This document shows positions 10,987-23,365 of a stretch of 61,734 bases of DNA, one piece after another. Made by a program: the position numbers and the translations under genes. The notes below the pieces were generated by a model, which saw only the letters and a list, made by a program, of their open reading frames with translations, was not told the DNA's origin and searched no databases. Numbering within the stretch: position 1 is the first letter of the stretch; each line of letters opens with the position of its first letter. The stretch spans positions 1 through 61,734 of the forward strand of contig JBJMHS010000058.1 in NCBI GenBank assembly GCA_045807245.1, written 5' to 3'. Source of the stretch: Actinomycetales bacterium. Its GTDB lineage: Bacteria > Actinomycetota > Actinomycetes > Actinomycetales > CAVURS01.

Positions 10987-11314
10987 GTCGGCGGCCTCGA
11001 TCGTCCTCGGCGGCGAGCTGTTCGTCGTCCTGTTCGCGGCTCTGGTCGCCCGCGCCCTCTCCGGCGTGGCTGGCTGGACCGTACTCGTGGTCAGCCTCGT
11101 CGTCGTGGCGCTGATCGTCGCCGCGATGGCGACGATGCGTCGGGAGCCGGTCGGATACGTACTCGGCTCGCTGGTCCAGGGCGCCTTGCTCGCCTCGACG
11201 TACTGGATTCACCTGATGGTCGCCGTCGGGCTGATCTTCACGGCGTTGTGGGTAGTCGCGCTCGTCCAGGGCCGCAAGGTCGACCAGGTCCGCGCCGCTA
11301 GGCTCGGCCAGTGA
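10982..11314 (+). CDS. DUF4233-like membrane protein
   Basis: Hydrophobic protein of about 110 aa in the usual folC-ndk position; ATG at 10982. Confidence 0.78.
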   Translation: MRSAASIVLGGELFVVLFAALVARALSGVAGWTVLVVSLVVVALIVAAMATMRREPVGYVLGSLVQGALLASTYWIHLMVAVGLIFTALWVVALVQGRKVDQVRAARLGQ

Positions 11315-11730
11315 CTGAACGCACCCTCGTCCTGGTCAAGCCCGACGGCGTACGGCGCGGCCTCACCGGCGAGGTGCTGCGGCGGATCGAGGCCAAGGGC
11401 TATCGCCTGGTGTCGCTGCAGACGCGCACGGCGGATCGCGACCTGTTGGTCCGGCACTACGCGGAGCACGAGGGCAAGCCGTTCTTCGAGCCGCTTGTCG
11501 AGTTCATGTCGTCCGGGCCCGTGGTCGCCGTCGTCGTCGAGGGGGAGCGCTGCATCGAGGGCTTCCGCGCGCTGGCCGGGGCCACCGACCCGACCAAGGC
11601 TGTGCCCGGTTCCATCCGGGGTGACCTCGGCCGGGACTGGGGGATCGCCGTACAGCAGAACATCGTGCACGGCTCCGACTCGCCCGAGTCCGCCGAGCGC
11701 GAGCTGGCCATCTGGTTCCGCGACCTCTGA
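11311..11730 (+). CDS. ndk: Nucleoside diphosphate kinase
   Basis: ERTLVLVKPDG, HYAEHEGKPFF and NIVHGSDS motifs. Confidence 0.97.
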   Translation: MTERTLVLVKPDGVRRGLTGEVLRRIEAKGYRLVSLQTRTADRDLLVRHYAEHEGKPFFEPLVEFMSSGPVVAVVVEGERCIEGFRALAGATDPTKAVPGSIRGDLGRDWGIAVQQNIVHGSDSPESAERELAIWFRDL

Positions 11731-11795
11731 GCCCGCGCCGCCCGGGCGCGTAGGCTGGGCGTCCTTCCCGACCAGCACGTGAGAGGTCCTCCGCC

Positions 11796-13754
11796 ATGCC
11801 CGTCGAGTCGCTGTTCGAGCGGCTGGAGCCCTTGCTCGCCCAGGTGAGCAAGCCGATCCAGTACGTCGGCGGGGAGCTCAACTCCACGGTCAAGGAGTGG
11901 GACGAAGCGGACGTCCGCTGGGCCTTGATGTACCCGGACGCCTACGAGGTCGGCCTGCCGAACCAAGGCGTCATGATCCTGTACGAGGTGCTCAACGAGC
12001 GGCCGGGCGTGCTGGCCGAGCGGACCTACGCGGTGTGGCCGGACCTCGAGGCGCTGATGCGCGAGCACGGCGTGCCGCAGTTCACCGTCGACGCGCACCG
12101 CCCGGTGCAGGCGTTCGACCTGCTCGGCGTCTCGTTCTCGACCGAGCTCGGCTACACGAACCTGCTCACCGCTTTGGACCTGGCCGGTATCCCGCTCGAG
12201 GTGCGCGACCGTGGCGACGACGACCCGGTCGTGATCGCCGGCGGTCATGCGGCGTTCAACCCGGAGCCGATCGCCGACTTCGTCGACGCGGCGGTGCTGG
12301 GCGACGGCGAGCAGGCAGTCCTCGAGATCACCGAGGTCGTTCGGCGCTGGAAGGCCGAGGGCCGGCCCGGCGGGCGCGAGGAGCTGCTGCTGCGGCTGGC
12401 GGGCACCGGTGGCGTCTACGTCCCGCGGTTCTACGACGTCGACTACCTGACCGACGGCCGCATCCAGCGCGTCGTACCGAACGTGAACGGCGTGCCGTGG
12501 CGCGTCGCCAAGCACACGGTCATGGACCTGGACGCCTGGCCCTACCCGAAGCAGCCCCTCGTCCCGCTGGCCGAGACGGTCCACGAGCGGATGAGCGTGG
12601 AGATCTTCCGCGGGTGCACCCGGGGCTGCCGGTTCTGCCAGGCCGGCATGATCACCCGACCGGTTCGCGAACGGAGCATCTCCGGCATCGGCGAGATGGT
12701 CGAGAAGGGTTTGTCCGCAACGGGTTTCGAAGAGGTGGGTCTGCTGAGCCTGTCCAGCGCCGACCACTCCGAGATCGCCGACATCACGAAGGGGCTGGCC
12801 GACCGGTACGAGGGGACGCAGACCGGGCTGTCGCTGCCGAGCACACGGGTCGACGCCTTCAACATCGACCTGGCCAACGAGCTCTCGCGCAACGGCCGCC
12901 GCTCCGGGCTGACCTTCGCTCCCGAGGGTGGCAGCGAACGCCTGCGCAAGGTGATCAACAAGATGGTCACCGAGGAGGACCTGATCCGGACCGTCACGGC
13001 CGCGTACGGCGCGGGCTGGCGCCAGGTGAAGCTCTACTTCATGTGCGGGCTGCCGACCGAGACCGACGACGACGTGCTGCAGATCGCCGATCTCGCCCGC
13101 AAGGTCATCGCGGCCGGTCGCGAGGTGAGCGGCCAGCGCGACATCCGCTGCACGGTCAGCATCGGTGGCTTCGTGCCCAAGCCGCACACGCCGTTCCAGT
13201 GGGCGGCCCAGCTCTCGGCCGAGGCCACCGACTCACGGCTGGCCAAGCTGCGCGACTCCATCCGGGCCGACAAGCAGTACGCGCGGGCGATCGGCTTCCG
13301 CTATCACGACGGAGAGCCGGGCATCGTCGAAGGCCTGCTCTCCCGCGGTGACCGGCGGGTCGGGGCGGTCATCCGGCGCGTGTGGGAGGACGGTGGCCGG
13401 TTCGACGGCTGGAGCGAGCACTTCTCCTACGAACGGTGGATGCGCTGCGCCGCAGAAGTTTTCGCCGGTACGCCGGTGGATGTGGCCTGGTACACGACGC
13501 GCGAGCGTGAGCAGTCAGAGGTTCTGCCCTGGGACCACCTGGACTCCGGGCTGGACAAGGAGTGGCTCTGGGAGGACTGGCAGGACTCGTTGTCCGAGGT
13601 CGAGGTCGACGACTGCCGTTGGACGCCGTGCTTCGACTGCGGCGTGTGTCCGCAGATGGGCACCGATATCCAGGTGGGCCCGACCGGCCAGAGCCTGCTG
13701 CCGCTGACCGTGCTCGGCTCGACGCGCGGGCGGGTCCTCCACACACGAGTATAG
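11796..13754 (+). CDS. TIGR03960-family B12-binding radical SAM protein
   Basis: KPIQYVGGE, YPDAYEVG, CTRGCRFC (CxxxCxxC), FAPEGGSERLR and C-terminal DCRWTPCFDCGVC. Confidence 0.9.
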   Translation: MPVESLFERLEPLLAQVSKPIQYVGGELNSTVKEWDEADVRWALMYPDAYEVGLPNQGVMILYEVLNERPGVLAERTYAVWPDLEALMREHGVPQFTVDAHRPVQAFDLLGVSFSTELGYTNLLTALDLAGIPLEVRDRGDDDPVVIAGGHAAFNPEPIADFVDAAVLGDGEQAVLEITEVVRRWKAEGRPGGREELLLRLAGTGGVYVPRFYDVDYLTDGRIQRVVPNVNGVPWRVAKHTVMDLDAWPYPKQPLVPLAETVHERMSVEIFRGCTRGCRFCQAGMITRPVRERSISGIGEMVEKGLSATGFEEVGLLSLSSADHSEIADITKGLADRYEGTQTGLSLPSTRVDAFNIDLANELSRNGRRSGLTFAPEGGSERLRKVINKMVTEEDLIRTVTAAYGAGWRQVKLYFMCGLPTETDDDVLQIADLARKVIAAGREVSGQRDIRCTVSIGGFVPKPHTPFQWAAQLSAEATDSRLAKLRDSIRADKQYARAIGFRYHDGEPGIVEGLLSRGDRRVGAVIRRVWEDGGRFDGWSEHFSYERWMRCAAEVFAGTPVDVAWYTTREREQSEVLPWDHLDSGLDKEWLWEDWQDSLSEVEVDDCRWTPCFDCGVCPQMGTDIQVGPTGQSLLPLTVLGSTRGRVLHTRV

Positions 13755-13771
13755 CAATGCTTGCTATACTC
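13747..13771 (+). promoter_or_regulatory. Perfect palindromic operator overlapping a -10 element
   Basis: GAGTATAGCAA-tgc-TTGCTATACTC; TATACT (13765-13770) lies 7 nt before GTG 13778. Confidence 0.75.
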
Positions 13772-13777
13772 ACTTGC

Positions 13778-14293
13778 GTGAATAGGCGATCAGATGTGCT
13801 GCGTCAGGTGCTGTCCGAGACGGGCACCACTCAGCGTGAGCTGTCGCGGCTCAGCGGCGTGCACCAGCCATCGATCAGTCAGTTCTTGTCTGGCCGAGTC
13901 CAGATGAGCGATGACATGTTGGAGCGGTTGCTGTCGTGTCTTGGTTACCGCCTTGAGGTCGTTCGACGCCCGGTGAAGCCCCACCTCCGACGCTCCACTG
14001 AGCGTTTGTGGCGGCTCCATCGACGCCTGTCCACGGACATGACTCCGGAAACTCTTGAGAACTGGCGCCCGACCATCTTGCAGAACGTGCAGCTACTCGA
14101 AGGCCGCGTTCATGGGGAACCACATGAACGAAACCTCAAACGTTGGGTGACCATGGTGAATGACTCCGACCTGCCGGCGCTTCACCGCACGATGACAGGT
14201 CTAGACAGCGACTCCGTCGAGATGCGTGAGGTCTCGCCCTTCAGAGGACTCTTGACCGAGCACGAACGGCAGGAAGTGCTGGTCGGTTCGTGA
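13778..14293 (+). CDS. XRE-family HTH protein with C-terminal helical domain (putative antitoxin/regulator)
   Basis: TQRELSRLSGVHQPSISQFLSG HTH; C-terminal MREVSPFRGLLTEHER; atypical codon usage. Confidence 0.8.
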   Translation: MNRRSDVLRQVLSETGTTQRELSRLSGVHQPSISQFLSGRVQMSDDMLERLLSCLGYRLEVVRRPVKPHLRRSTERLWRLHRRLSTDMTPETLENWRPTILQNVQLLEGRVHGEPHERNLKRWVTMVNDSDLPALHRTMTGLDSDSVEMREVSPFRGLLTEHERQEVLVGS

Positions 14294-14853
14294 AACGAGC
14301 GCAACTGGAGCACGCCATCAGGACTGCCTGCCAGATCATCGGGCACGAAGAAGTGATTGTGGTGGGCTCGCAGGCCATCCTGGCGACATATGAGGAGGAC
14401 CAACTGCCTCGTGAGGCCACCATGTCCGCCGAGGTAGACGTTCTGCCCATGGCTGATGACAACGAAGAGACCAAGCGCCTGGCGGATCAGATTGTGGGGG
14501 TGGCTGGTGACTGGTCCCCGTTCGAGTCGCTGCACGGATTCAGCATCGACGGCGTGGATATGACAACAGCAGCGCTGCCGGAGGGTTGGCGCAACCGCCT
14601 CGTTGGAGTCCAAAACGAGAACACCGCTGGGACTTTGGGGAAGCCTCAGTTCACTGGATGGTGTCTTGAGAAACACGACCTCTCCGCAGCGAAGCTCTGT
14701 GCTCTACGGTAGAAGGATCAAAACTTCGTTGCAGCACTGCTCGAGGCCGGCCTCGTTGATGCTCGGGTGATATCCCACAGACTGACCCTGCTCCAGGCCG
14801 AAGAGGCGGAGAACGTCGCGGCCGCCGCCGCCTGGCTCTCTCGTTGGTTGTAG
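14290..14853 (+). pseudogene. DUF6036-like nucleotidyltransferase interrupted by one in-frame TAG (14710-14712)
   Basis: VVGSQA...EVDV NTase-type motif; the frame continues after the stop (KLCALR*KDQNFVAALLEAGLVD...) for 46 more codons to TAG 14851-14853. Confidence 0.75.
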
Positions 14854-14860
14854 CTGAACG

Positions 14861-15643
14861 ATGGCACGAACGCCCGAAGGGCCACCGCCGCCTCCGGCGG
14901 TGCAGAAGCTGCGCGTCCGCTACGCCAAGCGCGGCCGGCTGCGCTTCACCAGCCATCGCGACATCCAGCGGTCGCTGGAGCGGACCCTGCGACGCTCGGA
15001 CATCCCGATGGCCTACTCCGCCGGGTTCTCACCGCACCCGAAGGTGTCCTACGCCGGCGCCGCGCCGACCGGAACGGCCAGCGAGGCCGAGTACCTGGAG
15101 ATCTCGGTGAGCGAGCGGTGTGACCCCGGCGCGGTGCGCGAGGCGCTCAACGACTCCATGCCGCCCGGCCTGGACGTGCTGGAGGTCGTCGAGGCCACGG
15201 CAGGCAACCTGTCCGAGCGGCTCGAGGCCAGCGCCTGGCGGATCGAGCTCCCCGGCCTGGCTGCCCCGACTGCGCTCGCCGCGGTCGAGGCGTTCCTGGC
15301 CGCCCCCGAGGTGGTCGTCCAGCGCATGATGAAGAACGGCCTGCGCAGCTTCGACACACGGTCGGCCGTGCATACCCTCGAGCTCGAGCCCGATGCGGCC
15401 ACGCAGGGGGCGCCGTCGGACGGTCAGCGTGACCAGGAGCCAGGAGAGGGTGACTGTGCGATACTGCGAGCGGTCGTACGGCACACCACACCCGCCGTAC
15501 GCCCCGACGACGTCCTCACCGCGCTGCGCGTGGTGGCCGACCTCGTGCCGCCGTCAGCGCCTCGCGTGACACGGCTGGCGCAGGGGCCGCTCAACGACGC
15601 AACTGGTGCAGTGTCGGACCCGTTGGCACCCGATCGAGCCTGA
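14861..15643 (+). CDS. TIGR03936-family radical SAM-associated protein (DUF2344)
   Basis: RVRYAKRGRLRFTSHRD...YSAGFSPHPKVSY...SEAEY. Confidence 0.9.
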   Translation: MARTPEGPPPPPAVQKLRVRYAKRGRLRFTSHRDIQRSLERTLRRSDIPMAYSAGFSPHPKVSYAGAAPTGTASEAEYLEISVSERCDPGAVREALNDSMPPGLDVLEVVEATAGNLSERLEASAWRIELPGLAAPTALAAVEAFLAAPEVVVQRMMKNGLRSFDTRSAVHTLELEPDAATQGAPSDGQRDQEPGEGDCAILRAVVRHTTPAVRPDDVLTALRVVADLVPPSAPRVTRLAQGPLNDATGAVSDPLAPDRA

Positions 15644-15831
15644 TCGGTCGCCAAGACGGTCTTCCGCTGCGAACGACACCGTCGGCAGATGGGCCCGGGA
15701 CGCGCTCCATGCGCGCAGGCCCTGTCTGTAGCGAGACGACTTCCGTCCGCGCACCGCGCGGGCGACACGACCGCAGCCGCGGCGCCGGGCAGGGGTGTGG
15801 ACCGGTCGCAGCGGGCGACAGGAGCACGACG

Positions 15832-18573
15832 ATGCTCGACCAGAGCACAACAACAGCCAGCGAGAACGACCCCACGGCCGGCGCCGCACGCACCGACGCC
15901 GCTCAGTCGACCGAGACGAGCGGCGGTACGCCCGCCAAGCGCCGGCGGACGGCCAAGAAGGCCGCCGAGTCGCCCGACACCGCGACCGCTGGCGCGACGA
16001 AGACCGCTCAGCGGCCGGCCACCAAGGCCGCGAAGACCGCCAAGGCGGCAAAGACCGCGAAGACGGCGAAGAAGCAGCCGAGCGACGGCGTCCCCGACGG
16101 CCCGGGCGGCGGGACCGCGCCTGAGATGCCTGGGGGCGAGCCGGTCGGCTCGGCGGCCAAGACGGCCAAGAGTGGCAAGACCGCCAAGACCACCACGTCG
16201 GCGAAAGCCGCGAAAGCCGCGAAGACCGCGAAGACCGCGAAGACCGCCCCGAGCGCGAAGTCTGCGAAGGCTGCGACCGGAACGGCCGGAGACGACTCCG
16301 AGCCCGCAGCGGCCACTGCGTCGGTCGCCGGCGGGCTGCTCTTCCAGGCCCCGGAGCCGGTGGCGCCTGCCCAGCGACGGTCGCGCAAGGCGACGTCCGA
16401 CGCAGGGGCGCCAGCGGCCCCAACCGGCGAGGTGGGCTCTGACGAACCGACCAACCATGGCTCGGATCGCGAGGGCGCAGCCTCGGCCGACGACGGCGAC
16501 GGCGGCGAGGGTGGCGACGGCCAGCGCAAGCGACGCCGTCGCGGAGGCCGTGGGCGCCGGGGACGGTCCGACGCGACAGCCGAGGGCGGCCCGGCCGAAG
16601 GGGCCGACCAGGACAGCGAGGACCGCGACACTGCCGGCGAGTCCGACGAGCAGGATGACTCGGCCGAGGACGGCGAGAGCAGTTCGAGCCGCCGGCGCCG
16701 CCGCCGTCGGCGCCGGGCCGGGGGCGAGGGCGACACGAGCCCGGACGACCCGCCGAACACTGTCACCCGGGTGCGTGAGCGCCGGCCGAGGTCCGACGAG
16801 ATCGCTGGTGTTCGCGGCTCGACCAGGCTGGAGGCCAAGAAGCAGCGCCGCCGCGAGGGACGCGAGGCCGGCCGGCGCAAGCAGGTCATCACAGAGGCCG
16901 AGTTCCTGGCCCGTCGTGAGAGCGTCGAACGCGTCATGGTCGTCCGGCAGACGGGTGGGCGCACCCAGATCGGCGTCCTCGAGGACGGCGTCCTGGTCGA
17001 GCACTACGTCTCGCGGGACGCGAACGCTTCGATGGCCGGCAACGTCTACCTCGGCCGGGTCCAGAACGTGCTGCCCAGCATGGAGGCCGCGTTCGTCGAC
17101 ATCGGCAAGGGTCGCAACGCCGTGCTGTACGCCGGCGAGGTGAACTGGGACGCCGCCGGTGTGTCCGGTCAGGCCAAGCGGATCGAGAACGTCCTGAAGT
17201 CCGGCGAGTCGGTCCTGGTCCAGGTCACCAAGGATCCGATGGGGCACAAGGGTGCCCGCCTCACCAGCCAGATCTCGCTGCCGGGCCGCTACCTCGTCTT
17301 CGTGCCCGAGGGCTCGATGACCGGGATCAGCCGCAAGCTGCCGGAGAACGAGCGCAACCGGCTCAAGGGCATCCTCAAGGCAGTCCTGCCCGAGGGGGCC
17401 GGCGTCATCGTTCGGACCGCTGCCGAGGGCGCGAGCGAGGAGGAGCTGCGCCGTGACGTCGAGCGGCTGACCCAGCAGTGGGAACAGATCCAGGCGGCTG
17501 CGAGCGGCAACGCAACGGCCCCGGCCCTGCTCCACGGCGAGCCGGACCTGACCGTCCGGGTCATCCGAGACGTCTTCAACGAGGACTTCAAGGGCCTGGT
17601 CGTGTCCGGCCAGGAGGCGTGGGGGACCGTCGCGTCGTACGTCGAGCAGGTGGCACCCGACCTGCGCGACCGGCTCTCGGAGTGGACCGCCGAGGACGAC
17701 GACGCCTTCGCCCACTACCGGATCGACGAGCAGCTCGCCAAGGCGCTCGACCGCAAGGTCTGGCTGCCGTCGGGCGGCTCGCTGGTGATCGACCGGACCG
17801 AAGCCATGACGGTGGTCGACGTCAACACCGGCAAGTTCACCGGCAGCGGCGGCAACCTCGAGGAGACGGTCACCAAGAACAACATCGAGGCGGCCGAAGA
17901 GATCGTGCGCCAGCTCCGGCTGCGCGACATCGGCGGCATCATCGTCATCGACTTCATCGACATGGTGCTCGAGGGCAACCGTGAGCTGGTGCTCCGGCGG
18001 TTGCTCGAGTGCCTCGGCCGGGACCGGACCAAGCACCAGGTCGCCGAGGTCACCTCGCTCGGCCTGGTGCAGATGACCCGCAAGCGGGTCGGCCAGGGGT
18101 TGCTCGAGGTCTTCAGCGAGACCTGCGAGGTGTGTCACGGGCGCGGCGTGATCATCCACGCGGAGCCGGTGGAGAAGAAGTCGCCCTCCGAAGCCCCGAA
18201 CGGCGGTCGCGGTGGCTCACGTCGCGGTGCCCGCAAGACTGCTGACCCCGCACCGGCGCGCAGCGGACCGTCCGCGGCCGAGATCGCAGCCCGGGCCCAC
18301 GCGGCCGCCCTGCACAACAACAAGAGCCACGACCTCTCCGAGCCGGCCGAAACGTCTGAAGAGCCCGAGTTGCTGAGCGCTGTCGACGCGGAGCCACTCG
18401 AGCAGCTCGATGCGTCCATGGAGGTCGGCGTGGACGTCGGTGCGGACGCCGGCGAGGAGGCGTTCGAGAGCGCCGAGCCGGTCGAGGTCCAGGTCAGCGC
18501 CCCCACGAGCTCGCCCAGGCGTCGCCGCCGCAGCGCCTCGGCACCCGCTGGACCGCCCCCTGGGACGGCGTGA
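15832..18573 (+). CDS. rne: Ribonuclease E/G
   Basis: S1 domain (GNVYLGRVQNVLPSMEAAFVDIG), DVNTG, DFIDM and Zn-link CEVC; long disordered termini; ATG after AGGAG. Confidence 0.93.
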   Translation: MLDQSTTTASENDPTAGAARTDAAQSTETSGGTPAKRRRTAKKAAESPDTATAGATKTAQRPATKAAKTAKAAKTAKTAKKQPSDGVPDGPGGGTAPEMPGGEPVGSAAKTAKSGKTAKTTTSAKAAKAAKTAKTAKTAPSAKSAKAATGTAGDDSEPAAATASVAGGLLFQAPEPVAPAQRRSRKATSDAGAPAAPTGEVGSDEPTNHGSDREGAASADDGDGGEGGDGQRKRRRRGGRGRRGRSDATAEGGPAEGADQDSEDRDTAGESDEQDDSAEDGESSSSRRRRRRRRRAGGEGDTSPDDPPNTVTRVRERRPRSDEIAGVRGSTRLEAKKQRRREGREAGRRKQVITEAEFLARRESVERVMVVRQTGGRTQIGVLEDGVLVEHYVSRDANASMAGNVYLGRVQNVLPSMEAAFVDIGKGRNAVLYAGEVNWDAAGVSGQAKRIENVLKSGESVLVQVTKDPMGHKGARLTSQISLPGRYLVFVPEGSMTGISRKLPENERNRLKGILKAVLPEGAGVIVRTAAEGASEEELRRDVERLTQQWEQIQAAASGNATAPALLHGEPDLTVRVIRDVFNEDFKGLVVSGQEAWGTVASYVEQVAPDLRDRLSEWTAEDDDAFAHYRIDEQLAKALDRKVWLPSGGSLVIDRTEAMTVVDVNTGKFTGSGGNLEETVTKNNIEAAEEIVRQLRLRDIGGIIVIDFIDMVLEGNRELVLRRLLECLGRDRTKHQVAEVTSLGLVQMTRKRVGQGLLEVFSETCEVCHGRGVIIHAEPVEKKSPSEAPNGGRGGSRRGARKTADPAPARSGPSAAEIAARAHAAALHNNKSHDLSEPAETSEEPELLSAVDAEPLEQLDASMEVGVDVGADAGEEAFESAEPVEVQVSAPTSSPRRRRRSASAPAGPPPGTA

Positions 18574-18750
18574 CCTGCGGTTTGACCCGTCCCGTCCCGA
18601 CGAAATACGCTTACGGACGGTGCGCCGAGTGCGCGCCATCGTTCTGAAAGCCGCCCACCAGCCGCGCCCGACTGTCGGCGCGCGGTGAGCAGCGTTCACG
18701 GACCTGTGAGCCAGACCAGACGCCTAGCCAGACCAGAGAGCGAGCTTCAC

Positions 18751-22129
<3,379 letters not shown>

Positions 22130-22173
22130 CTCACCGAGTCGGTCCGCCGACCGACCGTCGAGAGAGTGGGGAC

Positions 22174-22533
22174 GTGAAGCAGCCTGACTCGGGGGAGCCA
22201 GCACTCTGGCATGTGACGCTGACCGTCGCCGGCGACCCCATCGACCCGACCGACCTGCGTGATGCGCTGGAGCGGTTGGCTGCTGAGCGCCCGTTCATGG
22301 TCTCCATGCGCTACGGCCTGGACCGCGCCGAGATGCGCTACTGGGACGAGGCCGACGACATCGACGACGCCGCCGCTCTGGCGTTGCGGCTCTGGGGTGA
22401 CCACCGGGCGAGCGCGCACCTGCCGGACTGGCGGGTCGTCGGCCTGGAGGTCCTGGACCGCTCGACGATGCTGGCCCGCGGCGAGGAGCGGACGGCCTCA
22501 CCCCTGGTCGCCGCCGGCGTCCGCCCGCTCTGA
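22174..22533 (+). CDS. Hypothetical protein
   Basis: Host-like codon usage; 119 aa; WHVTLTVAG...RYWDEA...LWGDHR. Confidence 0.7.
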   Translation: MKQPDSGEPALWHVTLTVAGDPIDPTDLRDALERLAAERPFMVSMRYGLDRAEMRYWDEADDIDDAAALALRLWGDHRASAHLPDWRVVGLEVLDRSTMLARGEERTASPLVAAGVRPL

Positions 22534-22588
22534 CCGTCCGCTCTCGTTGAGCGGCAGTTCGGCTGCTCCGCGCCGCTAGGGTGTCGCG

Positions 22589-23335
22589 GTGGCCGGACCT
22601 CCGGGCGCGGTCGGCTCCGCGTCCATCGCGCAGCCTCGCTACTGGTGGTACCAGGCCCGCGAGTCCCTGCTGCGGGCCGCCCTGAGCCGGTACGTCGGCG
22701 CACCCACCCGGGTCCTCGACGTCGGCAGCGCGGACGGGCCCAGCGTGCGCTGGCTGCGCGGGGCCGGCAAGCTCGCGTCGCTCGACATCGACCCGCGCGG
22801 TCTCGCGGCGGGCGGCGTGTGCGGGTCGGCGCTGGCCCTGCCGTTCGCCACCGGGTCGTTCGACGTCGTGGCGGCCTTCGACGTCGTTGAGCACTGCGAG
22901 CCGGAGAGTACGGCGATCGCCGAGCTGGCCCGGGTGCTGGTCCCCGGGGGCCGTCTGCTGCTGTCCGTGCCGGCGTACCAGTGGGCCTGGACGCACTTCG
23001 ACGCCGACAACGGGCACCACCGCCGGTACACCCGGCGTCGCGCCATGGCGGCGGTGCAGGCGCATGGACTGACGATCGAGCGGTCGACGTACGCGTTCAT
23101 GGGCACCTTCCCCTTCTTCACCGCCGAGCGCCTGCTGCGTCGCGTCCGTGATCGGCTGTCCGGCCGCCGCGGTGGCGAGCTCGACCCGGGTGAGGTCCCA
23201 CCACTGCCGCCCGTGCCCCGGCCGGTGGAGCGCGCGTTGATGCGGCTGTGCCGGCTCGACGAGCGGCTGCTGCCGAGCCGCGACCTCCCGTTCGGGTCGT
23301 CCGTCCTGGTCGCCGCCCGGAAGCCGACGGCCTGA
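22589..23335 (+). CDS. Class I SAM-dependent methyltransferase
   Basis: VLDVGSADG, LPFATGSFDVV, DVVEH, LVPGG and GHHRRY motifs; leaderless (TAGGGT-N6-GTG). Confidence 0.85.
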   Translation: MAGPPGAVGSASIAQPRYWWYQARESLLRAALSRYVGAPTRVLDVGSADGPSVRWLRGAGKLASLDIDPRGLAAGGVCGSALALPFATGSFDVVAAFDVVEHCEPESTAIAELARVLVPGGRLLLSVPAYQWAWTHFDADNGHHRRYTRRRAMAAVQAHGLTIERSTYAFMGTFPFFTAERLLRRVRDRLSGRRGGELDPGEVPPLPPVPRPVERALMRLCRLDERLLPSRDLPFGSSVLVAARKPTA

Positions 23336-23365
23336 GCGCGCGACCGCTCGCCGTACCCTTGTGCG

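Noticed and set aside
14710..14712. Programmed amber read-through (pyrrolysine or recoding)
   Set aside because: No pyl genes or suppressor tRNA in the window, and TAG is used as a normal stop by many genes here.
16021..16272. Short periodic repeats as a possible CRISPR array
   Set aside because: In-frame coding repeats within rne, with no spacers and no cas genes.
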